Made by a program: the position numbers and the translations under genes. The notes beneath the pieces were generated by a model, which worked only from the letters and a program-made list of their open reading frames with translations, was not told the DNA's origin and did no database searches. A stretch of DNA of 63,699 nt, counting the filler, from Basidiobolus ranarum (Eukaryota), in the NCBI GenBank assembly GCA_040143965.1. It is 12 parts of 12 records of this genome, joined end to end, with 100 filler letters (N's around TTAATTAATTAA, not from the genome) between each part and the next. Parts side by side here need not be neighbours in the genome. Positions count along the whole stretch, not along the records: positions 37,256 to 42,468 come from JASJQH010001666.1; positions 42,569 to 47,780 come from JASJQH010001667.1; positions 47,881 to 53,089 come from JASJQH010001668.1; 9 more parts are not named here. One strand, 5' to 3'. Of the stretch, positions 37,888 to 51,494 are shown one piece after another; the first letter of the stretch is position 1; each line of letters starts with the position of its first letter.

Positions 37888-40800
37888 TTTATAAGCTTAG
37901 GTATTACATCATAGATACTACCTACTTGAAAGCAGCATTATTGTGAAAGAGAGATATTAGTCGTCAAAGGTAGGGCATTGGCAACTGGTACAAGTTACCA
38001 ATATTTTGAACATATTGGTATTGATTGAGATTCTGACATATCTCTATACCTCTTCACTTTCTTGGCAAATTGTTAGCTCTCACATCATAAGCATACCGTG
38101 GGATACTTGCATGGGCCTGTATTGTCATTTGAATGGTTGATTCTATCCTTGTGTTGCGTGGATGTATTGCCAATTTTCCCTTTTTAATATACTATATCTG
38201 CTGCTGGCAAGAGCAGATTCAACTATCTTTTCGCGAACATACATATATCTTGATCTTTATATGTCAAGCTATGATTCCTCCCATATAAATTAGTTGAAAT
38301 ACTTATTCATTTTGTGGAATATCAAGGCATTTACTTAGGAGATACATTAATTAGCCAAAAACTAACAAAGTGATGAATATGCTGTATTATGGCTGAACTT
38401 CATGTAAATCGCCAATCATTGAGTTGTAACTAGAGTTTTCTTTTTTCCTGAGCTATGATGCATATGGAGAATACATCGACACCATGAGCGTACCTGAAAT
38501 ATAAAATAATCCTTCCAAATCGATACACATTTCCATAGCATAAAATTAAATAGCAAAATCATTGAATTGCTCAATGGTAGTGAGCTTATGACAATGAGAG
38601 TGAGTGATCAATCAGTGGTAAACTCCGGGCTTGTAGGTTATTGTAGGTATCTGAGACGAATAAGATGCGTGTTTCATTTACCCTTGCTACTTGCTTAAAT
38701 TGAAAATAAATATTAGAATAAATTACAAAAGGAAAAAATAGCAACGATGTACTCCTAGGATATGGGGGAGATTTGAATGAGGTTGGAGAATTTATCTTGT
38801 CTCAATAATTCAGAGATTTATGTTGGATAACTTTCCATATTTCACGGCAATCAGATGAATGCCTACTTAGGAATCAGTGAATATAATCTATCCTAATATA
38901 GATATTATGTAGATGAGCCATTGTTACACTTTTGTCAGTATTTCTCCAGTGGTATATATAGAAGCTTCTGAAGGAACATTGGATCTCACTCCTTGCATAA
39001 ATTAGGCATATGGCTCTTCTTTGTCTCCTTCAAGAACGAGGCTACTAACGCTTTTACTATGTGGATAAACTGGATATCACTGGTTCCAAGCCTACTCATA
39101 CAATTGTATTTGTGAGTGGGTAATAAAACGTACCGCTACATGAAGCGTATGAACGTGGTCATGTACAACTGTATTAAGAGAACATGACATATAAGAATTC
39201 TGGGCAGGGCGAGGCCGAACCAAGGTCAAAGTTCCAAAACGCGAGCCATCGTTTAGGTGCTGTCTGAAAGTAATATCAAGATTGGAGTCGATAGCCGTAG
39301 GTCATTAAGAGTGAATGGTAGCTAATACTTGTTGCTGGTGAACTGTTCTATAGCAATGCGTCACCTTGTAACCAGTTAGGTATGAGGTATATTCTTTACT
39401 ATAATGGCAATCACTTAGTGATCGGCGTATTTCTATGTGGCAAGGAGATAATATCTCCAATTCGGAGCGCGCTAGCATGTGAATAAGCATAAACAAATGA
39501 AGTGCTACAAGGTGCGATCAGTGAGAATTCCAAATATCGAGCTTGTATCATATTGTTCATATACATCTCCAATATTCTATTGTTGTGTAACTTAAATACT
39601 AGTGGCTACTTGACCTAATTTGGCGAATACATTTCAGGCATAATTATTATAGTGACTTGGCATCCTCATAGAACTAGTGTCTAGTGCTGTTACACTACTA
39701 GACAGCTTTGGCTCATAGTACTCGCCGCCAACTTGGCCATTTTATTGAACGGAGATTTTATTTGACTTGATTAAATCATTTTTATCATGGCGCGTTTAAT
39801 TGCGAGCAAGGTTATTTCTATTTAGGTGGAGCTGTCTCTTTTAGTAAGTGTCGCGTGGCGTATGACACAGTTTCAAGAAATGCTATCATGTGAACGGTAG
39901 ATAAAGTGCGTGAATCAGCTTATTACTAACAAGTCGTACGTTTTTAAGGAACCCGATTGAACTTGACTATCGTAATTGTTACAGCAACAAAATCATGGCG
40001 AATTATGAACTTCAGTATGTTGAAGAGAATTCCTCAGATATAAAACTAGGCCTATAGGGTATCGAAGTCCGTAGAATTCTACCAGTTAGAATCTCGCCAT
40101 TTATAGAAAACTGTGGTGTAAGTATCTTTATAGTGATTAAGGTTTGGTATGTATCTCACCGAGAAACCTTATCTCTCATCGATTCTGGCCACAAGCCTTA
40201 TTGTTTCAAGAACCATTAAAGTAAAAAATCCCAACTGGTACTAGTAGCAAAGTATGCCTAGAACGGCTATTAGCAAAGTAGTAAATGGCAAGTAGCCCAT
40301 TCCGTTCTTTAAGAACCTAAGGTATCCCATCTATTTTGGGTATGTATCGCGACAGTAATTCGCCCCTAACCACGCCAACAACGCCTATGTATTCATAAGT
40401 ACTCGCCAGTTAGACAGTATCTCCTTATTGTTAGTGCTATTGTTCTCAGGTTATACGAACTCTTCAAACCCACTATCGGCTAAATTAACTGTTAATAGAA
40501 AAACCGGTGAAGCATAGATGCTATTTCTAATGATAATCCCGATTTCAACAGTTGACGTCTTTTATTTTAATCTCCATCCTAAGTCATCATATTCGAAAGA
40601 AACGCAAATGTTTTGAATTTCTGGATGGAAAGTTCTTTCATCTCTCCATGACTAAGACGGACATACTATTGGTGATACCACTAATATATCACCATTTAAA
40701 TGGCATGTTTTGCCTGAGTTCTTTCCTTTTTCAATATCATCAAATGAATCACGTACTTATTCAATATTAGAGTTTGCCACGATCACTGTGTGGGACTCGC

Positions 40801-41781
40801 ATAGTGTACCTTTGAGCGGCGATGGATTCACTTTTGGCATTAACTCTAGTCATTTATTGGTTCAAACGACTTTCAGGTAGCTACAGAATAATAGACTGAG
40901 TAGGAGCCTTGGTTTGCAACAGTCAGCTCCTGTTGGTGACAAATGTACTTTTACAGCTGTTGGAGTGTTAGAACCACTTGGCTAACACGGAATTTGATTG
41001 CTATTGGAAAGGTATTGATGTCACTTGTATGACCAGCAACTCTTTAGTAGATGGCCTAGCAGCAAGGCCATACTGTATTGGGCCTATTTCTTTGTGTGGA
41101 GTGATCAGCAGGAGAAAATCAACTATTTTAACTATCTTGCCGTCAACTCTAAAAAGGAACTCCCAACTTATGCCGCTCAAGAAATACTACTTGAATATCG
41201 GATACATTCATACATATATATATTGATCAAGATCAGGGCCTGAAGTTACATTGACGCCCACCCATTGGTTGTATCCGAAAGGTACCTCTAAAGTATCATT
41301 TTAATTGATATTGTTCCATCCCCCCCCCATCAAATAGAACTGGGTTCTTCTATTATGACCTTCTTTGATGCAAGCACCGTAGAATTCGATGTAATAACGC
41401 TATTTAATACAACCACTACTTGATTAAGATTCTAATCACTGACTTGGATATTTTGGGTTACTCCAATTAGAAGCGAATCAAGTTATTATAGTCCATATCT
41501 CGTTGGTCAACCTAATCTTAAACAGCTTCGGTTGAGTGATCTCGGATACTAAGTTGAGATTACTGACGATAAAACAAGATCCTAACTGGTTCCAATTAAA
41601 GAAATAGCATGATTTTGGAAGAATTGGCTGATAAATTGGACAAAATAAGGAATGGGGAATTTGTACGAACAACATTTAAAAGAGTGCTTGGATCCTTTCC
41701 GAGTAGCTTACATTATCTCTACACATCACACTACACACTGCACACCCTTCCATCCTTCTTTAGTTGTTTCTATTAAATATC

Positions 41782-42468
41782 ATGAGTTTTCCTCATGCTT
41801 CCGTCAATGCCTTCTCACAACATCTCGACACCTCAGTCCACATTAACCAATCTTTATACTCAACAGCTAATTCTTCGGCCACTTCGGCTAGGTTAGCTGG
41901 CGATAATAATACTGCCACAACATCTACTCAGTCTAGCACCGATAGCCCTCCACCCGAGAACGAGTCTTCACAAGAGATACCTAAGCCTCATTCTGACAAA
42001 GCTTCTTTACAAAGTAAGATCATAAGTCGCAAATTAAAGGGTTATCTTTTTGAGGATTCAATTCGAGAATTCAATCCTGAAAAGCTATACAGGACAAAAG
42101 AGTCTAGAAAGCGTGAATCATACAAAGTTCACGGTGTTAATATCCTCAATCGTGATGATATTGATAGTAAAACAGCAATTGAAAGATTGCAAAAAAGAAG
42201 GGCTCAGCATAACCGCGTGGAGCGCAGGAGACGTGATATGATAAATGCTGCAATTGAAGAATTAGCGGAAATTGTTCCCAATGCACAGCAAGATAGGTTT
42301 GCTCGAAGCAACGTCCTTCGTCTTGCAATTGAATACATCAAAGATCTCCAAACTGAGGCTCACAATCTGCGTAATGAGAATGAAGACCTAAGAAGTAAGC
42401 GACCAGTAGCGCCTCGTCTTAATTCCGCCAAGAAGCCTCCAACTATCGTCATTGACCCTATTAGTAGC
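41782..42468 (+). CDS. bHLH-leucine-zipper transcription factor, 3'-truncated
   Basis: RRAQHNRVERRRRDMINAAIEELAEIVP..RSNVLRLAIEYIKDLQ followed by heptad leucines. The H-E-R basic residues are of the CACGTG-binding class. Confidence 0.9.
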
Positions 42469-42568
42469 NNNNNNNNNNNNNNNNNNNNNNNNNNNNNNNN
42501 NNNNNNNNNNNNTTAATTAATTAANNNNNNNNNNNNNNNNNNNNNNNNNNNNNNNNNNNNNNNNNNNN

Positions 42569-43130
42569 TATTGAAATTAGGTAAATAGCAACTCATTACT
42601 GAGTAGTTGGTTTATTCATACTCTGATTATTTAGCACTTAATTAGGCCTTTCAGAAACATATGCTTATTTCTCCAATTGATATTTCCATCAATTAGATGA
42701 CTTTACCTTTTTTTACTAAGTTCTCAAAACTTCTCCAAATCATCTCAGATTTTCACCCATGCTTAACAGGCTTGTTTGATGTGATTTAAGCATATTCAAT
42801 AGTCCTATTTCAAAGTAAACTATAAATGGGACATATTCAATGTATTAAAACCTAAGTGTCTAATTCACAAATTCAAATATTGCCCAAAACACTCCATCAT
42901 CCCATAAACACTATTATTAATACAAAATAAGTGTTGAGTAGGAATATTGAAATTAGGTAAATAGCAACTCATTGCTTATTAGTAAAATTGTTCATATTTT
43001 GATTATTTAGCACTCAGTTCTACGATTCAAAAATGTGTGTTTAATGCTCTAACTGGAAGAAATATCAATCAGATCACTTTAATCAATTTTCAAGAAGATC
43101 AACAACTGGGCACACTTTTTCTAAAGTAAT
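42569..43130 (+). mobile_element. Two tandem degenerate LTR copies (family C)
   Basis: TATTGAAATTAGGTAAATAGCAACTCATT at 42569 and near 42945; similar to the LTR at 43526-43937. Confidence 0.65.
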
Positions 43131-43139
43131 GGAGCCATA

Positions 43140-43937
43140 ACTTGGATTTGCAGCTAGCAAGCAACTGTAGCACATTCTGCTACAGGAGCAGAGTATTGGC
43201 AGACTCTGCTATTGCACTAGAAGCAATGTGGTTAACAAAGTTATTTATACAATTACAATGAATGCATCAACATCCTACTACTGTATTTGAAGTTAATCAA
43301 AGTTGTGTTTCATCAGCTGAAAACCTTATATTTCATGCTAGAATAAAACATATATATATTAGGCATCACTTTGCTAGAGGGGCAATAGAGATGGATGTAA
43401 TTGAACTCATATATGGAAGAAATGATTGATGACATGCTATCAGAACCTTTTGTTAAAGCACAATTTGAATCAGCAAGATATATATCAGGTGTTAGTGAAA
43501 CAATAGATAACTTGTTCAGCAAGAATGTTGAATATAGTAATAGAGCAACACATTATTTAGTAGTTGGTTCATATATATTCCAATTATTTAGTACTCATAC
43601 CACCATTCAAAAACATCTGTGTATTGCTCTAATTGATATAAGTATCATTTAGAACACTTCAACCAATTTTCATTTTTTTCTCAAAACTTCTCCAAATGAT
43701 CTCAAATTTTCAACCATGCATGACAGGCATGTTTTATATGATCAAAGCACATCTAATAGTTTTATTTCATAGTAAAGTATAAACAGGACATATTCATTTC
43801 AATAAAACTCAAGTGTTTATTTCACAAACCCAGAGCTAGTCTAAACTTTTTGCAAAACTCCTAAACACCTTATCAGTTGCAAAGTGGACTCAGCTTTTTC
43901 TTCCTGATTGTTGTCTGGCTCTGGCATTGTTTCAACA
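43140..43937 (+). mobile_element. Copia 3' end: decayed RNase H plus LTR 43526-43937
   Basis: Frameshifted VAHSATGAEY..EAMWL..NQSCV..FHARIKHIYIRHHF..DMLSEPF, then TGTTGAA...TTTCAACA. Confidence 0.8.
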
Positions 43938-43959
43938 ATGCTAAACTGTTCTCACTTTC

Positions 43960-44650
43960 ATTTGGCTTTCTGTCTTGACAATATCTGGAATAATATCCCT
44001 TCTTATGGGGTGTGAAGCACAATCACCTTTGCTTATATTCCTTCAAAGCAAGCTCAGTGTTGATGGAATCAATCTACGTGGGAGTTCCTTCTGTTGGACT
44101 CCTGGGGTAAATTAATGTTGTCTGTTCTCCATAGTGTATGGTCTTTCTTCTCTTATATGGCTGTGTCATAGGTGATTGCAATCTTAATTGGCAGTTCTAA
44201 GGTGTTTGGGGCTTGGTAGTTCTCTTCCAGCTCCATCCTTGCTGTCAATCCTTCAACAATGAGTAGCACTTTGGCCAGTTGATGCACACTGTTGATCAGG
44301 CCTATTATGCATATGAACTGGTAGATACATTCCTGCACAGTTTTTACTTGCTTCAACCATGTTAGTTTTCTCCTTAGTAGTTACTGTTAATGTGGTGGGT
44401 CAACAGCATTCTGATTCTCTAGGATAAACTGTTCTTAAGTGATGATTGGAGATAGTTCCCCTGTGCCTGCTGCTCTAGCATTGTTGTGATACCACTGAAG
44501 GGCTGCATAAGTTGGATATGAGGCTGCATAGTGCAGCTTGCTGGCATCTTGAACTTCTCTGGCTATAAATGCTTCTTCTAGCTGAAAGATCCAAGTTATA
44601 AGATTTTCATTGACTTTACCATGATACTGGTCAGCTTTTATACACAGTGA
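43960..44650 (-). mobile_element. Ty3/gypsy gag pseudogene
   Basis: YHGKVNENLITWIFQLEEAF..KLHYAASY...AALQWY, LKQVKTVQECIYQF..EGL and a decayed zinc knuckle, with stops and frameshifts. Confidence 0.75.
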
Positions 44651-45159
44651 CCTACTACAAGGGAAGGGACTTGATCATGTGACCTTCCATAGTTTAGATT
44701 ATAAGAATAACAAGTGGACAACTACAACCAACTACCAGAACATCATATGACTGCTGACTCATGCTGACTGAAATATAGATAACTGGTAACTAATGGGAGA
44801 GATAATATTGATATACTGGAATGGGCATTCTCTGATAACTTTGAAATCTCTTATCCAAAGAGATTCAAGCTTCTTCTTGGTGTTATCTCTCAAGATTTCT
44901 ACTTTCATGTGCCCAAGCAATTTTGGTTTGTTGTGTAGGCTTAATGATCTGAAATATATTCTGCTCTGCTAGATTGTCATGATGATTTCATATGTATGAT
45001 GTGAGACTGATTGAAATCCCATATGAGAATGAATGGAGGGAGCAGTTAATGCCTACCATCCATTATAGGAATTATCTTGTGAATCCCCTGATGACTCATC
45101 TGCGATGCCATCTCAAAATCAGCTGATAATAATGATGGTGTAGTTGTTCTAGGATATAA

Positions 45160-46553
45160 GAAGCAACTATAACTGCAATATCCTAAGGGTTTTGTGTGAT
45201 GTTTGACTGCCTCTTGTAGTGTATCTTGAGCTTCCTTTTCAAAGGTCTTGTAAGTGGTGATGAAAATAAGGGGTGATCACAAGTAGTAATTGTCAGTTGA
45301 AAACCAGGATGATTCTTATTTGAAAAGATATGGCCCCTACTTATACTTTTCCAATAGTAGAAATGGTTACCAATGAGAATTTCCGGAAAGTTTAAGAGAA
45401 TTCTATTGGTGGGGATCTGGGGTTATGAAATCACCATAAATCATAAGATTAGTAATCGATGGAATGTTCTGGAAGATTGTGGAATAATTCAGAATGTCAT
45501 GGAATGTTCCTGAAAAATCAGGCTTTGCTTAGTCAAAACTTAACCAATTATCAAATATTCCAGGGATCTTATGGAATGTTCCGGAAGATTGTAGAATTTT
45601 GCAGAAAATAATAGGGCTAATGTGGGTTAATACTGATAAATCTGAAATAGTAGTGGTAAATATTAATGGTCTGACACGATTGGCTAGAGAATATGGGTAA
45701 GTCAAATATGGATAATAAAATAGAAATTGTGCATTAATAATGATATGAGCTTGGAGTGAAAATAAGTCAGCCTGCCAGTGGGTAGCAATGCTGTCCCACT
45801 ACAATGGGATACATCTCAAATACTACCCTTATATAGGGGGTGTTCTTTTTTCTACAATATCCCACTCATGCTGCCATAGTTGTTTTATGATGTAAGCTGC
45901 AACTATAACTGCAATATTTTAAGGATTTTGTGAGATATCTGAATGGTGCAATAATCATGGTTGAATAACTCTGGGATATGCTGCAATATGGGTCTGTCTT
46001 AGTGTGATTTGATTGGCATGAAAAAATGAGTAAGTCAAATATGGAACATAATACAGGATTAGTGGGATAGTCATGACACAAGCTAGGAATGGAAAATGGT
46101 CAACCTGCCAGTGGGTAGCAATACTATCTCACTACATTGACCCCATCTAAATTTTTTAAATCCAGTGAAAAATCAAACTCAGTAGGTTGAGTCATTTCTC
46201 CAAGTCTTGAACAGCTTTGATTGGTTCCCTGTAAGTGGTAGTCTGAGTTCTTTCCTATCAAGTTTGGCTGTGTAAAAGCTTCCATTTTCTACAACCTTTA
46301 CAATTTTATATAGGCCTTTCCATCAGTTATTAAATTTCCTGCTCCATTGTTTGTACAGAGTGGAATTATATTCAAGTACAAGGTCTTTAACTTGTAGTGA
46401 CTTTGGGTGGAGGGGATGGTCTTTGTCAAAGTAGTCCATGTTAGCATTTCTGGCCTTCTTTAATCTTTTAGCATCTTTTTCTACATGACCTGCTTTAAAA
46501 GTAGTCCATGTCTTACACAAAAGTGATGGGCTTTCCTCCTGTAATTTCTGCAT
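45160..46553 (-). mobile_element. Ty3/gypsy 3' end: integrase C-terminus, PPT and two related LTR ends (at 46136 and 45803)
   Basis: LQVKDLVLEYN..KFNN*WKGLYKIVKV is a GPY/F-like region. A purine-rich tract precedes a TGTAGTG..TTGCTACCCACTGGCAGG terminus, which is present twice. Confidence 0.7.
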
Positions 46554-46599
46554 TGCTGGGGATCCAAGGTGAGGGTCTTTGTGACATGGTCAATTCATG

Positions 46600-46900
46600 A
46601 ACAACAAATCTCCATTCTTCAGGTATCTCTAACAAAAACAAATTGATTTGATCCAGATTGGATCAACCCTTCTAAAGTGCAAAATTGTTAGAAAACCATC
46701 ACAATATTGGTAGCTTTCATTCTGCCAGGGATTTTGATGGTGTGATGGTGGGTTCTTGATGGTATTTTGTTGGTATTTGTACATGTTAAAATATTGATCC
46801 TTGTATTTGGCATGAATTGTTAATTTCTGACACCATGATAATTTGTATGTAATCATAAGTAAAACTACAAAGTTGCTACACAGGCTGTGACAAGTAATAA
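46600..46900 (-). mobile_element. Fragment homologous to 59800-60000, probably CACTA-element internal sequence
   Basis: The reverse complement shares CATCAAGAA.CCACCAT.ACACCAT.AAAATCCCTGG..GAATG and GATCCAATCTGGATCAAAT with 59860-60000. Confidence 0.6.
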
Positions 46901-46919
46901 TGCCACAATATAGCAATTA

Positions 46920-47780
46920 ATGCAGCATTCAGAAGCAACTAGTCAACAGTCAGTGAGTCACTCAACAATGATACAAGACTTTCAGGATGCTGTACTTGAG
47001 CTACAGCAATATGCTGCTCCCTCCATCCATTCTCATACGGGATTTCAATCCATCCCTCAGCATACATATGAACATCACTATAACAATCAAGCAGAGCAGA
47101 ATATGTGTTGGACCATTAAGCCTATACATCAACCTGAAATTGCTTGGGTATATGAAAGTAGAGATATTATAGGAAAACTGGCAAACCAAAAGACTCTGAA
47201 TGTCAGAGCTGTCTTCACTTGCTCTGATGATGAGTTGTTTTACATCTTGGAAACTGTGCAGAATCTTGCTTAAAATCACCTGGATTTGAGCTAATTGGTG
47301 AAAAAACCACAAACCAGGCCTTACTATAAGGTTCTTAACTTAATTCATGTCACATGTCCTGGGTTTTTGCAAGCAAATGGCAATCAGGCTAGTATAGGCC
47401 AATTCATGAAACATCTCAAAAGTGTATGTAATTATTGACTTGGAAAAGAAAGAACACAGCTAAAGAAGTACTCAAGGTGCAGGAAGTTAGTAAATCTAAG
47501 GGAAAAGCAAAGGAGCCAGTGAACTTAGGCTCTACTGTCCTACTTACCAAATTCTTCACACCATTACAAAGATCTGCATTTCCAGTGTCAGATATACTGG
47601 CAAAAAAGCTTAATTTAACCATGGAACCAGGTACACCAGTTGGAAGAGTACTAAATTTGGAAGTTTATCCAACACCTGGCACCTCTCAACAAGCCAAAAC
47701 ACCAGCAAATAAAACTCACTGCTCTCCAACCTCAACTGGTACTTTTCAAAGTGTTGAAATTAGTCGCAAAGGTAAAGGCA
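46920..47780 (+). pseudogene. Disrupted ORF of unknown, probably TE, origin
   Basis: Two consecutive ORF pieces (117 aa and more than 110 aa) in CpG-depleted TE context; no recognisable domain. Confidence 0.35.
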
Positions 47781-48544
47781 NNNNNNNNNNNNNNNNNNNN
47801 NNNNNNNNNNNNNNNNNNNNNNNNTTAATTAATTAANNNNNNNNNNNNNNNNNNNNNNNNNNNNNNNNNNNNNNNNNNNNTCGAATGTGATTATGGCTAC
47901 GCCAAGATTCTCTTGTAACTTCACCAATCCTACAGGGTCTACGGGCGTGCTTTGCGATATGCTCCGAACATCATTTCCAAAAGGCAAAGTACTCGTATCT
48001 TGTCTCTTCCATCAGCTGGCAATGAGCCAGGTCAGTCCAAAAACAAAAGTGCGTTAAAGGCAATGAAATAGAGCCTTGCTTAACTTTTAGTTGCGAATCT
48101 TCAGCCGCAAGGATATAAACTTCGACAGTGTCGCTACCGTACTGAAAAAACACGTAGGTTGATCAAGTCTAGTCCAGCCTCAGGCTCAACTACTGAGTAG
48201 AAAGCATGCTCCTCTTAGTATACACCTTGCTGCATCATTCCACATGGTCAGAACAGTTACAATACTTCCGAGTGTATCGAGATGAGCCTAACTTCGCTTT
48301 GACAAGTGCAAGAGATATTTATTATTTAAGCTTGGATTAAAAATTGGTGGCTACACTGGGCTAAAGTAGGCGTGCTAACATAACAGAAAAGGTAAGAAAC
48401 CATCTATCATCCCCAACTCCTCGCCCATTTAAGGTATGGGTTTATCATCAACATGGATGGTGGGGGAATGAATTCGCATCAGTGAGGACTTTATTAAGAT
48501 GTGCTAAGTCACAAAAGCTCTGCAGACAATTCTTTATCATCACA

Positions 48545-48627
48545 TATAAGGAATGGTATCACTCTATTAGTTCAATATTCAACTATAAGGAATGGTATCA
48601 CTCTATTAGTTCAATATTCAACTATAA
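48545..48627. repeat. Perfect 39-bp tandem duplication
   Basis: TATAAGGAATGGTATCACTCTATTAGTTCAATATTCAAC twice, plus a further TATAA. Confidence 0.95.
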
Positions 48628-49117
48628 ATCCAGATATCATTCTACATTTTGGTCACCTTAGATAAATCAAGCAGCATCAAGCAGCATTATTGAGATCCCA
48701 TACCTGCGCTTGGTATCTTTCCAGAGAATATCTATTGTAGTGGGAGAAAATGCCATAGATGTATGTAGCTATGTTTAGTTTGATGATTTGTGATTTATTC
48801 TTTTGTTTGTGATTTATTCTTTTGTTTGTGTGATATGAGATGTATATACAAAGAACAAATAAGGTCAAATTCCTGATCAGAACCATATTTTCGCATTAAC
48901 ATTTCCGTCCTTAAGATTTCCATTTATATTTCGACGACAATTACTCTATTACTCTGACAATTACACTACCTACGAGAGGTGTTCTTAGCAAGCATAACTC
49001 TTGACCAAGCCTTGCCCATAATGGTTGGGAATTAATAACTCTTACAAAAGTTAATGTTATGTTTAAAAAATGAATATACTATCATGACCTAGGCTCATAT
49101 GGTACTATAACTGGTCT

Positions 49118-49893
49118 TCAATCGACTAAACACATAGCTCCAGTCTTGAACATTCCGAGATTAGAGGCAGTACCTTGGAACGTTTCAAAAGCATTCTCCT
49201 CATGTGAAATAACCTATTTCTTCGAGTTAGGTTTCATGAATGAACTTATTAGAACCTGATGAGAACTTACGTAATACTCCGTTGACAGTTTACTTTCCCA
49301 GCGATCATGGTACTTAACTTGAATGTGACCGACTTGGCCTCGATTTTCATGTTCTGCCTCCCAAATCACCATAATCCTCTTCATAGAAAAGTTAGTCAAA
49401 TGGACTTAAACTGTCATAGTATATAAAGAGAAAACGTACCTTTGGATCATCAAGGCCACAACTCTTCAATCCCCACTTGTTCGCCCATCTAGTCAACATG
49501 TCCTTGCTCGAATAACTAATCGTATCCAACGGTTCAGCGTTTCCAATGTAGCTATCGCCCTTCTTTTTCAATTTGGCATCGTCGGTTTTTTCAGCTTGAA
49601 TATAATGCAGCCTGAACAAGGCCCAATTAAGGCATAGCCATGGAGTGCTCATTTCATCGACGCGAGAAACGATGTCCCAGTTCTTCAGAGTACCCTTATC
49701 AAAGTTGATTTCTATGAATTCCTTTTCGCTGACTTTTGGTTTATCGCCAAAGATGTTGAGCATGGAAACATCGATGTTCGCCTCTGTGGAAGGTGGAACT
49801 GGAGGCTCGTAGATTTGGTAGGGCCTATTTTATGATTAGTCTGAGGCGTACATAAATTTTAGACTGGGTCCTCACTGACTTAACTGCGTCCAT
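49118..49893 (-). CDS. Uncharacterised 200-aa protein with a papain-fold-like Cys/His motif pattern. Exons 49893-49880, 49824-49440, 49378-49271, 49213-49118
   Basis: Three GT-AG introns with CTAAY branch points splice into an uninterrupted 603-nt CDS: MDAVKPYQIY...PWLCLNWALF...RIMVIWE..VGHIQVKYHDRWESKLSTEYYVISHEENAF...CLVD*. A TATA-like element lies near 50031-50038. Confidence 0.8.
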
Positions 49894-51494
49894 CTTGAAT
49901 TTGGTCTACGCTCGTAGTTTGTTTTTGTAATTAATTGGAAGGCGGTAACTTGAAATTGAGTAGAGTAGTAAAGGCGGAAAAGGTGAGTGATAAGGTGAAT
50001 GAGGGCATCTGGATACACGAAATATTGGATTTATATAGCCATTTCAGTATTTCGATTTTTTATTTGCTTTGAATTTAGCCCTCATTAATGAAATCTTCTT
50101 AATATAGGATCACATTATGTTTATCATAAAGACAGTTGTGAGAATAAAATCCTTCTTCAACATTAGCGATGGCTTCGCTCGTCAAACACACATTCAGAGG
50201 GCATGCAGAAGAATGTTTACATCAGCCATTATAGAACATAGCAGATCTCAACGAATTTCAGTAACATTCTTTTTAGGAAGGCATGTACCAGAAATATCTT
50301 ACTCAGGGCTAAGCATCTGAATCAAATTCAATATATCTGAGACAACGGCTTCTAGCCCCATCTTCGGTTTCAAGCGTTCGTTAATCTATCCTTACTCAAG
50401 GAATGTTACTACTTTGTCAGAAATTCAAGACCGAGAGACTAACACGAATTACTCCATTTAAGATACTTGGATTCTCATTCACCTTCTTCGAGAAGTTTGT
50501 ATCAAGCCACAATCAGGTTGCTGCATGAAAGCCCATATATGGTTAACAGGAAACAAAGCTCTAGCACATATGATCATATGAGAAGGTCGGAACTTTGATC
50601 GCATCCTGCTCCGCCTGGGCTTCGGTAATCGAGTTGGCATTCCAACCGTTCCCAACAGGTGCATACGATTCTAGTATCAGTATGGAATACGCTCGTAGTT
50701 TTTCAACTATAACAGGTGGCCATCATATATTTAGTTATATCTCGAAACATTTGGTGACCATTCCGTTATGTAACTAGCTACTGTGCAAGATCGGTGTAGC
50801 CTTTGAGAACGCTACCCATTAATACTTATAGAACTTGAGGTCCAACTCAAAGGAATCCATATAATCAGAACCATGAAAGTCTATCTATCTTCGCGTAGCA
50901 GAAACTTGATAGATGACGTACTACAGTTGTAACGAATAAGCAATACCTGAAGGTCGCAAAAAACAACTAAGCCATTTTTGATGATGTGTCTCAATGGGTT
51001 GCACAACATGTTCGATTCCCAGTAAGTTGTATAGGATTTGATAAATAAGAGAATATCATTTTGCTGCATATACGGTAGAGCTCGGGATTGGAGGGTATCT
51101 CGAGCTATTATTGATGTCCGGATTTCATGGCGTTGTGACTAGTCAACTTAAACAATAGCCATAGATTCGGCTAATTTAATTTAGTGTGAGAAATGGATAG
51201 AAATGGAAAGAACACGTGAAACCAGCGTGTAATCGTTCATACTTCGTTATGGATTTACAGTTGGAAAAGCACATTGATTGACTTTCTCTGCAAAACAAGG
51301 CACATTCACACTGGTAGAAGAATCGGCAGAGGAATCTTCAATTAGGACCAATTGACTCTCTGCAATATTGACATTTGGAGGAGAAAGTCAGATGTTGATT
51401 TCAAATCGAGCATGGATTGCTCAAAACAAGTAAAGATCGTCCAGATGAGATCTGCAAGGAGAAGCACTAAGAACATGGGCGGAGATCTTAGCAC

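Noticed and set aside
38860-39130. Possible decayed zinc-finger gene on the minus strand (TGE- and EEPY-like fragments)
   Set aside because: Cys/His spacing cannot be recovered in any frame, so the evidence is too weak.
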